From IMG/VR virus record IMGVR_UViG_3300045051_000846: a DNA stretch of 64,000 bases. One strand, given 5' to 3'. Of this stretch, positions 45,461 to 54,405 are shown piece after piece. This DNA comes from a virus. The notes beneath the pieces were generated by a model. The model made no database searches. It was given only the letters and a program-made list of their open reading frames with translations, and had not been told where the DNA came from. The position numbers and the translations under genes were made by a program. The stretch's first letter is position 1. Each line of letters starts with the position of its first letter.

Positions 45461-46131
45461 CCGGGAGACGGCAACTCATAACGAGCGACGAGGCGGTCGA
45501 GGCGAAGGGCCAGCACAAGAAGCCCTGCTCCGACTGCCCGTGGGCCAGGAAGTCGCTGAAGGGCTGGCTGGGGAGCTCGTCGGCGGACGACTGGCTGAAG
45601 GAGGCGCACGGGGACCACGAGATCCCGTGCCACGTGTTGAAGGGCGCGCAGTGCGCTGGGTCGGCGATCTACCGCCGCAACATCAGCAAGCTGAACGTGG
45701 CCCCCGGCGTCCTGCGGTTGGACGCCGACAAGGAGCTGGTGTTCGCAAACCCGATGGAGTTCAAGCGACACCACGAAGGACCGCGGGGAGAAATCCCCAA
45801 CCCCATGCCCGAGACGGGCGAAGGAGTGACCGAGATGCCGAAGTCCGAGACGATCGCGGCGAACCTGAAGATCAGCGCGGTGAAGACGAAGGCCGCCGAG
45901 CAGGTGACGAAGCTGAAGGCGGCCCACGAGAAGAAGCTGCTGTCGGCGAGCGTCAAGGCGAAGCGGGACGTCGACCGCGTGGTCAACGACCTGAGCAAGG
46001 TGGACGAGTTCCTGAAGGACATCTACGCCCTCACCGCCTCGCTGGGCACCCAGGCGGGCGAGAAGGCGAAGAAGAAGATCCTCGCCCTGGCCGACAAGGG
46101 CCGGAAGCTCGCCGGCAAGCACCTGCGCTGA
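45457..46131 (+). CDS. DUF6283-like Cys domain fused to a Lys/Ala-rich helical domain (probable internal start at 45835)
   Basis: PCSDCPW...PCH...QCAGSAIYR; SD AAGGAG 45821-45826 before in-frame ATG 45835. Confidence 0.65.
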   Translation: MTGRRQLITSDEAVEAKGQHKKPCSDCPWARKSLKGWLGSSSADDWLKEAHGDHEIPCHVLKGAQCAGSAIYRRNISKLNVAPGVLRLDADKELVFANPMEFKRHHEGPRGEIPNPMPETGEGVTEMPKSETIAANLKISAVKTKAAEQVTKLKAAHEKKLLSASVKAKRDVDRVVNDLSKVDEFLKDIYALTASLGTQAGEKAKKKILALADKGRKLAGKHLR

Positions 46132-46178
46132 TTGCCGGAAGTCGGCTTGTAGGCCGACCGCCGGGTAGTGCAAAATGC

Positions 46179-46202
46179 GGGCCGCACAAGGAGGTGCGGC
46201 CC
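46179..46202 (+). promoter_or_regulatory. SD-sequestering hairpin
   Basis: GGGCCGCAC-AAGGAG-GTGCGGCCC immediately before ATG 46204. Confidence 0.6.
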
Positions 46203-46203
46203 C

Positions 46204-46392
46204 ATGGTGGAACCATCAGAACCGGGCGTCCGGCCGTGCATGAAGTGCGGCTGGCTGTTCGTCAGCCAGGACATCCTCCGCCTGGGGAGGTGTCACGACT
46301 GCAAGCACGGGGAGGACGCGTACTCCCCCCGCACCTGCTCCACGGACCAGGTCCACGGGGCGGTGCGCTCCCAATACAAGGACACCTCATGA
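46204..46392 (+). CDS. small zinc-ribbon protein
   Basis: RPCMKCG..F.S.....RCHDCK. Confidence 0.65.
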   Translation: MVEPSEPGVRPCMKCGWLFVSQDILRLGRCHDCKHGEDAYSPRTCSTDQVHGAVRSQYKDTS

Positions 46393-47480
46393 TCGACCGC
46401 AAGATCGTGGTCGTCGGCGACGTGATGCTGGACAAGTACACCCGCGTCCGCACGACCGGGGTCAGCAAGGAGAACACGGCGGTCGTCGTGGCCCGCGAGG
46501 AGTCGGTCGACTACGGGCTGGGCGGGGCCGCCAACGTGGCCCGCGGCGTGCAGGCCCTGGGCGGCCGGGCCACGCTGCTCGGGTTCAACTCGGACCGCCG
46601 CGTCACCCACCTCGTCGACGCGGCCAAGCTCCACTACCTGTTCGACCACCCGCCGTCCGGCCAGACCCCGGTCAAGAACCGGATCGTCACCCGCGACGGC
46701 CACTTCATGCTCCGGCTGGACGAGGAGAGCGGGTTCTTCGGCCGCCCGCCGGACTGGTGGCGGGCCGGCGGCGGGCACCTCGGCGAGGCGTTCAAGAACC
46801 TGATCTTCGCCGGCCGGGACGAGCCCAAGCCGGTCGTGTGCCTGGTCGACTACGACAAAGGGTGCCTCACGACCCCGGCGGCGGGCTGCTTCCTGTTCCA
46901 CGTCAACCAGGTCACCGAGCACGTCACGTTCCCGGTGATCGTCGACCCGGGCCGGCACGGGTTCTGGGAGAAGTTCGGCTCGCCGCGGACGGTGTTCCGG
47001 GCGAACCTGTACCAGGCGGTGCAGCACTACGCCCGCAACTCCCACAACGTCGGGTCGCTGAGCCCGGTCCCGGACGACTTCGACCCGGGCGAGCTGCACC
47101 CGCAGCAGGTGTACGAAACGGCCGCCCACGCCGTCTGCAACAACCTGCGGCGGGCCTGCACGGACTTCGCGTTCCTGGTCCTGACGCTGGGGCCGGGCGG
47201 ACTGATCGTGGCCGACCGCGACGCCAAGAAGCTGTTCTACAAGGCGGCCCCGCGGGTCGCGGTGGCGGACACGTGCGGGGCCGGGGACGCGGTGACGGCG
47301 GCGATGGCCGTCATCCTGGCCGGCGAGGAATTCCCCATGACCTGGGACGCCATGACCGCGGCGGTCCAGGCGGCCGGGAACGCGGCGGCAATCGCCGTCC
47401 GCAAGCCGGGGGTCTACGCGGTAACACGGGAGGACATGGGATGGTACGAGAAGACGGGCCTGACACCCCAACCCACCTAG
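46389..47480 (+). CDS. rfaE: PfkB-family sugar kinase, RfaE/HldE domain-I-like
   Basis: VVGDVMLD.Y, LGGAANVA, KNRIV...RLDEE, DYDKG, LTLG..G, DTCGAGD. Confidence 0.85.
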   Translation: MIDRKIVVVGDVMLDKYTRVRTTGVSKENTAVVVAREESVDYGLGGAANVARGVQALGGRATLLGFNSDRRVTHLVDAAKLHYLFDHPPSGQTPVKNRIVTRDGHFMLRLDEESGFFGRPPDWWRAGGGHLGEAFKNLIFAGRDEPKPVVCLVDYDKGCLTTPAAGCFLFHVNQVTEHVTFPVIVDPGRHGFWEKFGSPRTVFRANLYQAVQHYARNSHNVGSLSPVPDDFDPGELHPQQVYETAAHAVCNNLRRACTDFAFLVLTLGPGGLIVADRDAKKLFYKAAPRVAVADTCGAGDAVTAAMAVILAGEEFPMTWDAMTAAVQAAGNAAAIAVRKPGVYAVTREDMGWYEKTGLTPQPT

Positions 47481-48052
47481 ACGGGCTGGCGTTCGACGAC
47501 GCCATCACGTTCGCCGACTGGCGGCACCCCGACTTCCTGAAGCTGTGCGCCGAGCACCGGGGCGGGATCAAGGAGAGCGGCTACAAGTGGGGCCTGGCGG
47601 TCATCAACGGCGTGTTCGACCTGTGCCACCTCGGGCACGTCAACCTCGCCAACCAGGCGTGCGAGTACGAGCAGACCGCCGACACGAAGGGGCTGTCGCT
47701 TTTCGTCGTCGCCCTCTTGAACTCGGACGCGTCCGCGGCGAGACTGAAGGGGCCGAACCGCCCGATCGTCCCGCTCGCGGCCAGGGCGTGGCAGCTCGCC
47801 ATGCTGTCCGGCGTGCAGGCGGTCGCCGGGTTCGAGGAGGACACGCCGGAGGAGGCCCTGAAGGTGCTCCGGCCGGACTTCCTGTTCAAGGGCGACGAGT
47901 ACCGCGGGACGGTGGTGGCCGGTGCCCCGTTCTGCGGCGAGGTGGCGTTCCTGGAGACGACGCCCGGGTTCAGCACGACGGAGATCGAGCGGCGGATTCT
48001 GGCGGCGCACGGACGCCCGGCCATGTCCCACACGGACGGCCCCACGACGTAG
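47441..48052 (+). CDS. rfaE: nucleotidyltransferase, RfaE/HldE domain-II-like
   Basis: NGVFDLCHLGH (HxGH), NSD.S..RLKG.NRP, FEEDTP, PD...KGDEY, GFSTT. Confidence 0.9.
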   Translation: MVREDGPDTPTHLDGLAFDDAITFADWRHPDFLKLCAEHRGGIKESGYKWGLAVINGVFDLCHLGHVNLANQACEYEQTADTKGLSLFVVALLNSDASAARLKGPNRPIVPLAARAWQLAMLSGVQAVAGFEEDTPEEALKVLRPDFLFKGDEYRGTVVAGAPFCGEVAFLETTPGFSTTEIERRILAAHGRPAMSHTDGPTT

Positions 48053-48065
48053 CAGGCGGCACGAC

Positions 48066-48275
48066 ATGACGGTCACCACCGCGAGCGGCAGGCAGCTCAC
48101 CATCCCCGCCCACCACCCGGTCTTCTGGCCGGTGGGGGCGGGCGTCCGGCCGGGGGACAGGATCGACCCGGCGACGGTCGACGTGGACAGCGACCGGGCC
48201 GGCACCCTGCGGCGGGGCGACCGGCTGATCGTGGACAACAAAGTAGAAGTGGTGACCGCGGTCGCCATCGCCTGA
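48066..48275 (+). CDS. small hypothetical protein
   Basis: ATG 48066; stop abuts a motif site. Confidence 0.55.
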   Translation: MTVTTASGRQLTIPAHHPVFWPVGAGVRPGDRIDPATVDVDSDRAGTLRRGDRLIVDNKVEVVTAVAIA

Positions 48276-48293
48276 CCCAAAAAGCACTTTTGG
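48276..48293 (+). repeat. dispersed motif site 8: CCCAAAAAGCACTTTTGG
   Basis: directly after TGA 48275, before the endonuclease gene. Confidence 0.88.
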
Positions 48294-48299
48294 TTTCTC

Positions 48300-48761
48300 A
48301 TGCGCCGCCGCTGTACGAAGTGCCGCGTCAAGAAGCATCTGGAAACGGAGTTCTCCGTACACGCCGCCGGCAAGAATGGGTACAGGCGGCAGTGCAAACA
48401 GTGCGTCAGCGAGTACCAGCGGGACTACCAGCGTTCGTACCGCGAACGTCGTACGAAGGGTGAGCGTGAACGCCTCCGCGAGTACAAGCGGAAGAAGGCG
48501 TTCCTGTACAACCTGCGGCGGCTGTACGGCATAACCGTTGAGGAGTACGAAGACCTGCGACGGGCGCAGGGTGATAAGTGTGCTGTGTGCGGAGACGCAT
48601 TTCTCAGCGACACGCCGCACGTTGACCATTGCCACAGGACCGGGCGGGTACGAGGCTTGTTGTGCGGCCCGTGCAATCGGGCCTTGGGAATCATGAAGGA
48701 CAGCATCAATCTACTCAAATCCGCCATCCGGTACTTACGGGCAAACGGTGAGAAAGACTAA
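48300..48761 (+). CDS. endonuclease VII-family (His-Me) putative homing endonuclease
   Basis: N-terminal CTKC...CKQC; CAVC...HVDHCH.TG.VRGLLC..CN.ALG; visibly more A/T-ending codons than neighbours. Confidence 0.88.
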   Translation: MRRRCTKCRVKKHLETEFSVHAAGKNGYRRQCKQCVSEYQRDYQRSYRERRTKGERERLREYKRKKAFLYNLRRLYGITVEEYEDLRRAQGDKCAVCGDAFLSDTPHVDHCHRTGRVRGLLCGPCNRALGIMKDSINLLKSAIRYLRANGEKD

Positions 48762-48765
48762 GCGC

Positions 48766-49875
48766 ATGAGACCACTGGGGCTCCACGCCTCGGACACCCA
48801 CCTGCGCGCCAGGGCGGGCGACGAGGAGTTCGCGTTCCTACAGATCGTGGACGCGGCCATCGCGGCGAAGGTCAAGTACGTCATGCTGGCCGGCGACCTG
48901 CTCGACAAGCAGTCGAACCGGGCCAGGGTGATCACGTTCCTGTTCAAGCAACTGGACAGGCTGGAGGAGGCCGGGATCGAAGTCCTGTACACGCAGGGCC
49001 AGCACGACTTCGACGACCCGCCGTGGTTCAGCGGCCACCGGGCCGCCCAGCACCTGCACAAGAAGGTCCGCACGTTCGACGGGGTCGGGTTCTACGGCCT
49101 CGACTGGCAGCCGTTCGGCAAGCTCCAGGAGGAGCTGGCGGAGGTGTCGGACGAGGCCGAGTTCCTGATCTGCCACCAGGTCTGGGCGAACTGGATGGGG
49201 GACATCGCGGCCCCGCAGGGGAGCTTCGAGCAGATCCCCGGCCACGTCCGGTACGTCCAGTCGGGCGACCTGCACCAGTGGAAGCTGGAGCAGCGGAAGA
49301 ACTCCGACGGCAAGAAGATGACGGTGCTGTCCACCGGGGCCACGACGCAGCAGAAGATCGACGAGCCGACCGAGCACCACTACGCCCTGTTCTGGCCGGA
49401 CGGGCGGCTGGAGAAGAAGACGCTGAAGTCGCGGGTCATGGTCGACTCGTCGCTGATGACGCAGGCCGCGGACCTCGACCTGTTCATGGCCGAGCTGGAG
49501 CCGACGCTGGCGGTCGCCGCCGGCAAGGCCGAGGCCCTGGAGCTGCCGCCGGGGCTGCACCGCCCGTACCTGCGGGTGAACTTCAGCAGCAAGTTGCCCG
49601 ACGTCGTCCGCAGAGTCGAGAAGGCGGTGAAGGACCGGGCCGTGCTGTACTTCCGGCAGTCGGTGCCGGAGGAGAAGCAGCAGGCGTACAAGGCGGCGAA
49701 GGCCGCCAAGGGCGACGCCGTCACGCCGCTGTCCGTCCTCCACGAGGAGGTGGACAAGGCGGAGGCCCCGGCCGTGTTCGAGCTGGTGAGCCGCCTCCTG
49801 ACGGCGGCGGACAAGGACATGGAGTTCGCCAAGTGGCGAAGCGAAACGCTCGGCGAAGACTCGTCCGCTGGCTGA
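48766..49875 (+). CDS. sbcD: SbcD/Mre11-like metallophosphoesterase nuclease
   Basis: SDTHL, AGDLLD, GQHD, CHQ, GDLH; same module as sbcC. Confidence 0.8.
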   Translation: MRPLGLHASDTHLRARAGDEEFAFLQIVDAAIAAKVKYVMLAGDLLDKQSNRARVITFLFKQLDRLEEAGIEVLYTQGQHDFDDPPWFSGHRAAQHLHKKVRTFDGVGFYGLDWQPFGKLQEELAEVSDEAEFLICHQVWANWMGDIAAPQGSFEQIPGHVRYVQSGDLHQWKLEQRKNSDGKKMTVLSTGATTQQKIDEPTEHHYALFWPDGRLEKKTLKSRVMVDSSLMTQAADLDLFMAELEPTLAVAAGKAEALELPPGLHRPYLRVNFSSKLPDVVRRVEKAVKDRAVLYFRQSVPEEKQQAYKAAKAAKGDAVTPLSVLHEEVDKAEAPAVFELVSRLLTAADKDMEFAKWRSETLGEDSSAG

Positions 49876-49954
49876 GACGCCAACTGACGATGACACTGGT
49901 CGCGGCCCTGAGTCTAATGCTCGGGGCCGCGGCCGTTTACTGGTGGAGGACGCG

Positions 49955-51067
49955 ATGAAAGGCCCAGTTCTCGACGGGTTCCACACGTACAAGGACCACT
50001 ACGCGGCGGATCTGGAAAGAACGACCGCCAAGGTCGGGCGCAAGCAAGCGATCGCGCTGTGCGGCTCGCCGAGTGTCTACTACACGGAAGCGATCAAGGA
50101 GGACCACCAGCGGGCGGACCACCGGCAGGCGTTGGAGCACAAGAAGTGGATGGCGCAGGCCATGTCGCACACCGCGGACCTGCTGTGGATCGAGGCGGGG
50201 CGGCCGTACTACCGCATTTACCCCGACTACGCCGAGGTGTTCTCGCGGACCAAGCTCGACATCCCCGTCAGGTGCATCGGCAGCCCGTACAGGTCGTACT
50301 CGATCCGGTTCATGGCCGGACACGAGCCCGTGTTCGACAAAGTCGCCGTTCAGACGCTGCACGTCATGCTGGTCCGCCACGACTACGTGTTCGCGTCCCT
50401 GCCCGACGTGACCGAGAGCCCCATCAAGGAGGCGAGCGACCTGTCGTCGCTGTACGTCAGGCTGAACGGCACGATCGACGACAAGGACCGCGAATCCGTC
50501 ATCATGCTGCCGATCAGCGACGGCTCCGACGAGCTCCTGTCCGACCGCCTATCCGGCATGGCGAAGCGGCGGGAGGGCGACCACCCGGCCGAGACGTACG
50601 CCGACCTCATGGTCAAACTGTTCTCCGTCGCCCTGTCGGTCTCGTTCCTGGCGACGGGCGGCGACAAGCTGATCGAGCCGGACCTGCTGAACAAGGATTT
50701 TCCGGCGTACCTGGCCGCCGTGAACCGGAAGGACTGGACCGCGGCGAAGGCGATCGGCGACAAGTCGCACCGGCAGCGGAACGGGCAGCCCGGGTTCACG
50801 ATCGGGCGGGAGGAGACGCTGCTCGGCCGCCGCACCGAGAACCGGGCGGACGAGGAGGTGGGCGAGGGCCGGGAACTCGCCTACCAGCACCAGCGGAAGG
50901 GCCACTTCCACAAGTTCTGGACCGGCCCCGGCCGCGACCAGCTCGTCGTGAAGTGGGTCAGTCAGCTCACGGTCCGGCCCGACCTGCCGCTGCCGCCGAC
51001 GGAGCGGGTGGGGGCGCGGACGCTGGACTCGAAGGGCACCGAGAAGCAAATCCTGGGAGGTGCGTGA
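49955..51067 (+). CDS. hypothetical protein with C-terminal H.R.GH...W.G.GR...W motif
   Basis: ORF track; SD GGAGG. Confidence 0.75.
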   Translation: MKGPVLDGFHTYKDHYAADLERTTAKVGRKQAIALCGSPSVYYTEAIKEDHQRADHRQALEHKKWMAQAMSHTADLLWIEAGRPYYRIYPDYAEVFSRTKLDIPVRCIGSPYRSYSIRFMAGHEPVFDKVAVQTLHVMLVRHDYVFASLPDVTESPIKEASDLSSLYVRLNGTIDDKDRESVIMLPISDGSDELLSDRLSGMAKRREGDHPAETYADLMVKLFSVALSVSFLATGGDKLIEPDLLNKDFPAYLAAVNRKDWTAAKAIGDKSHRQRNGQPGFTIGREETLLGRRTENRADEEVGEGRELAYQHQRKGHFHKFWTGPGRDQLVVKWVSQLTVRPDLPLPPTERVGARTLDSKGTEKQILGGA

Positions 51068-52050
51068 TGACGAAGGCCGACTTGAAGTGCCTGCTGGCGT
51101 GGTACTACGAGCAGATCTACAGCACCCGCCCGCCGATCGAGCTCAACGACCGGCAGTACGCCGGCACGGAGGCGATCGACGAGGACACGCTGAAGCGGCA
51201 CCTGCGGTGGATGTGCGCGAAGGCCATCACGTTCGTCGACTCCGGCGGGGTCGACGGGCTCCGCAAGGCCGCCACCTGGCTCGGCTACGTCCAGGGCGAG
51301 ATGCGGGCGTTCGGCAAGTACAGCATCAAGAGCCTGCGGGACCACTCCCGGTCGTCCGACCACCCCGACTACCCGTGCTGCGAGGGGGCGAAGCGGCTGG
51401 TCAACCCGTGGAACCCGGACGAGCTGCTGGGCGGCATCTGCTGGCAGCACGGCCGCAGCGTCAACCGGCAGAAGCCGCCGCAGGTGCCGACGTACATGAA
51501 CAACACGTTCGCCCCGGACGCCGACGCGATGCTGCGGCACCTGCTGCTCGACCTGACGTGGCTGGAGGTGACGCCGGCGAGGAAGGAATACTTCATGTCG
51601 GACGTGCCGCGGTCGTACGCCTACAAGGTGCGGGACGACGCGGGCAGCCACATGCGGGACTACCACTCGTCCCGCTACACCCCGCCGGTGGACGTGATCC
51701 GGGAGCAGCTGAACGCCGCGCTCGACGCCCGGTTCAACGTGTGCTTCCTGAACCGGTACGACGACCAGCGGAACCACCTGGGGTGGCACGCCGACGACAG
51801 CCCGGAGATGGACCACGACCACCCGATCGCGGTGGTGTCGTTCGGGGTCGTCCGGGAGATCTGGTGGAAGCCGAAGCTCCACAAGGGGCCGATCCCGGCG
51901 GAGTGGCGGCGGGAGCTGGAGCCCGGCAGCGTGTTCGTCATGCCGGCCGGGTTCCAGCGGGACTACCTGCACCGCATCCCGAAGTGCGACCGCCAGTGCG
52001 GCGTGCGGGTGTCCCTCACCTTCCGCCGGTACGTCGACAAGAAGGAGTGA
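51064..52050 (+). CDS. alkB: AlkB-family 2OG-Fe(II) dioxygenase with N-terminal WLGYVQG-type domain
   Basis: LN.Y, WHADD (HxD), SFG, YLHRIPK, RVSLTFR. Confidence 0.88.
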   Translation: MMTKADLKCLLAWYYEQIYSTRPPIELNDRQYAGTEAIDEDTLKRHLRWMCAKAITFVDSGGVDGLRKAATWLGYVQGEMRAFGKYSIKSLRDHSRSSDHPDYPCCEGAKRLVNPWNPDELLGGICWQHGRSVNRQKPPQVPTYMNNTFAPDADAMLRHLLLDLTWLEVTPARKEYFMSDVPRSYAYKVRDDAGSHMRDYHSSRYTPPVDVIREQLNAALDARFNVCFLNRYDDQRNHLGWHADDSPEMDHDHPIAVVSFGVVREIWWKPKLHKGPIPAEWRRELEPGSVFVMPAGFQRDYLHRIPKCDRQCGVRVSLTFRRYVDKKE

Positions 52051-52053
52051 CCG

Positions 52054-52284
52054 ATGATGATGGACTACCGCCCGCAGCAGCCGGGCGAGCACGACTTCGT
52101 CTACGCCGCCCGCATCCTGCGGGCGGCGGCCACCAACTTCGACGCCATGATGGCGAACGGGTCGTACCACCTGGCCGAGCTCCGCACCATCGGGGAACGG
52201 CTCGACACGCTCGTCCACAACGTCATCGACACGCAGCTCGACCCCCACGCGAGGAGAACGACGGCATGTGGTTCCGAAAGCTGA
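52054..52284 (+). CDS. small hypothetical protein
   Basis: SD AAGGAG; ORF track. Confidence 0.55.
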   Translation: MMMDYRPQQPGEHDFVYAARILRAAATNFDAMMANGSYHLAELRTIGERLDTLVHNVIDTQLDPHARRTTACGSES

Positions 52285-54404
52285 CGGTGAGGAACGTCGG
52301 CCCGTTCGCCGAGTTCGACGTCGACCTGACCCGCGGGTCGGTCGGCGTGTTCGGCCGCAACGGGCGGGGGAAGTCGACCCTGGTGAACCTGCTGTACGGG
52401 CTCGCCACCAACGACTTCGGCCGGTTCGACGGGGTCCGCTCCGACATGGTCCGCAACACCGCCGACCCGAAGGCCGAGTCGTACATCCGGGGCGAGATCG
52501 AGCACAACGGCGTCGTGCTCGACGTCACCCGGAACTTCAAGCCGTCGAAGGCCAAGCCCGGCACCGTCCTGGTGTGCGAGGGCGAGACGATCACCGACGC
52601 CAACAAGGCGCAGGCGAAGATCTACGAGAAGCTGGGCGTCGACGGTCGGATGCTCGACCTGTACGTGTTCAAGGAGCAGCACCGGATCTACGACTTCCTG
52701 ACCAGCGTCCCGAGCGAGCGGGCCAAGGCGTACGCCACCCTCTGCCGGACGGAGGCGTGCGAAAAAATCTGGGACATGCTGGGCGACTTCCTGAACAAGG
52801 ACAAGGAGGTGAACACCGAGATCGTGGACAACTCCGACGAGCTGACGGCCCAGGTCGCGGAGCTGGAGGCCGACGTCGAGAAGCTGGAGCTCCGCAAGGG
52901 GCAGGCGGCCGAGAAGCTGGTCGAGGACGGGCCGCGGGCCAAGTACGAGCGGCGGGTCAAGGACGCCGACCGGCTGGAGCGGCTGAAGGAGGAGGAGCTG
53001 GAGGTCGCCGGCGAGGTCGAGGTCGCCGAGGCCGACGCGCGGAAGAAGAAGAAGGGGCTCGACGCGGCCGTGGCCGAGCTGACCGAGGCCGAGGAGAGGC
53101 ACGCCCGGCGGAAGTCGAAGGCCGACGACACCCGCGGGGCACTCAAGGCGTTCGAGTCCTACAAGGTGTACCGCCGGCAGCGGAAGCGGTTGAAGGAGGA
53201 GCAGGAGGCCCTGGCCGTCGAAGCTGAGAAGAACCGCCCGCCAGAGGCCCCGGACGGCGTGGAGTCGGCCGCCGCCGGGCGGAAGATCCTGTCGCGGACG
53301 GAGGCCGCCCTGGACGAGGCCAAGGCCGTCCTCAGCGCGTTTGCCAAGTCGGGGACGACCAAGTGCCCGACGTGCGCGACGCCGGTGGACCACTTGAAGG
53401 ACCACCTGGCGGAGATGGAGAAGCGGGTGAAGACCCTGCCGGCCGAGATCAAACGGCTGGACGACAAGCTGGCCCGGATCGAGGACTACAAGGAGGCGGT
53501 GCAGGCGTACGAGAAGTGGCGGGCCGGGTACGACGCCCGGGTGGCCGCCAACAAGAAGGCCCTGGACGCCCTCCAGACCGTGGAGGCCCCCGACGGCGAC
53601 GAGGACGAGCTGAAGGCGTGGCTCGCCCGCTTCAAGGAGCTGGAGGACAAGCTGGGCGACCTGAACGTGGCCCGCCGCGGGTTCGAGCGGGACTTCGAGC
53701 GGGCCGACGCCACCCTGCGGGCCAAGAAGGACCGCCTCGCCGAGGTGCGGCAGCGGGCGGCCGAGATCACGATCGACGCGGACAAGCTGGATAAGGCGAA
53801 GCGGCGGCTGGCCGAGCACCTGACCGCGGCCAACGAGATCGCCTCGCTGGAGGGGGAGGTCAAGGGGGTGCGGAAGCAGGCGGACGCCAAGCGGGCCGAC
53901 CTGAAGGCGTTGAAGACCAAGCTGAAGCGGACCCGCCGGGTCCGCCAGATGGCGAAGATCGTGGCCGCCGCCCGGGAGGTGCTGCACCGCGACCGGCTCC
54001 CCCGCCGCGTCGCCCAGATGAACCTGGCCCGGATGGAGGGCGACGTCAACGAGCAGCTGGCGTTCTTCGGCGACCCGTACTGGGTGGAGTCGAACGCCGA
54101 GCTGTCGTTCGTCGTGCACAAGCCGGGGGAGCCGCCCCAGCCGGCCGGCCGGCTGAGCACCGGCCAGCGGGTCGTCCTGGCCCTGGCGTTCTGGCCCGCG
54201 GTGGCCTCGCTGTGGAGCACGGAACTGGGTATGCTGGCCCTGGACGAGCCGACCGCGAACCTCGACGGCGAGAACAGGAAGTTCCTGCGGGACGCGCTGA
54301 GTGCCATGACGGCCAAGGTCCGCGGCGAGCGGCAGCTGCTCATGGTCACGCACGACCCCGACCTGCGGACGGCGTTCGACCAGGTGATCGACCTCGGGGG
54401 GTGA
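52266..54404 (+). CDS. sbcC: SbcC/Rad50-like SMC ATPase
   Basis: GRNGRGKST, coiled coil with CPTC hook, LSTGQ signature, LDEPT..LD, VTHD. Confidence 0.92.
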   Translation: MWFRKLTVRNVGPFAEFDVDLTRGSVGVFGRNGRGKSTLVNLLYGLATNDFGRFDGVRSDMVRNTADPKAESYIRGEIEHNGVVLDVTRNFKPSKAKPGTVLVCEGETITDANKAQAKIYEKLGVDGRMLDLYVFKEQHRIYDFLTSVPSERAKAYATLCRTEACEKIWDMLGDFLNKDKEVNTEIVDNSDELTAQVAELEADVEKLELRKGQAAEKLVEDGPRAKYERRVKDADRLERLKEEELEVAGEVEVAEADARKKKKGLDAAVAELTEAEERHARRKSKADDTRGALKAFESYKVYRRQRKRLKEEQEALAVEAEKNRPPEAPDGVESAAAGRKILSRTEAALDEAKAVLSAFAKSGTTKCPTCATPVDHLKDHLAEMEKRVKTLPAEIKRLDDKLARIEDYKEAVQAYEKWRAGYDARVAANKKALDALQTVEAPDGDEDELKAWLARFKELEDKLGDLNVARRGFERDFERADATLRAKKDRLAEVRQRAAEITIDADKLDKAKRRLAEHLTAANEIASLEGEVKGVRKQADAKRADLKALKTKLKRTRRVRQMAKIVAAAREVLHRDRLPRRVAQMNLARMEGDVNEQLAFFGDPYWVESNAELSFVVHKPGEPPQPAGRLSTGQRVVLALAFWPAVASLWSTELGMLALDEPTANLDGENRKFLRDALSAMTAKVRGERQLLMVTHDPDLRTAFDQVIDLGG

Positions 54405-54405
54405 C

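Noticed and set aside
47960-47985. Arg-containing (F/L)xxGRSTT signature of broad-specificity heptose nucleotidyltransferases
   Set aside because: Sequence reads PGFSTT, so broad NTP specificity cannot be claimed.
49890-49958. 22-aa hydrophobic mini-ORF MTLVAALSLMLGAAAVYWWRTR
   Set aside because: Too short and lacking an SD to support, although a small membrane peptide is not excluded.
50694-50704. Possible 11th motif site (AACA-AGGA-TTTT)
   Set aside because: Core mismatch and non-consensus flanks; probably chance.
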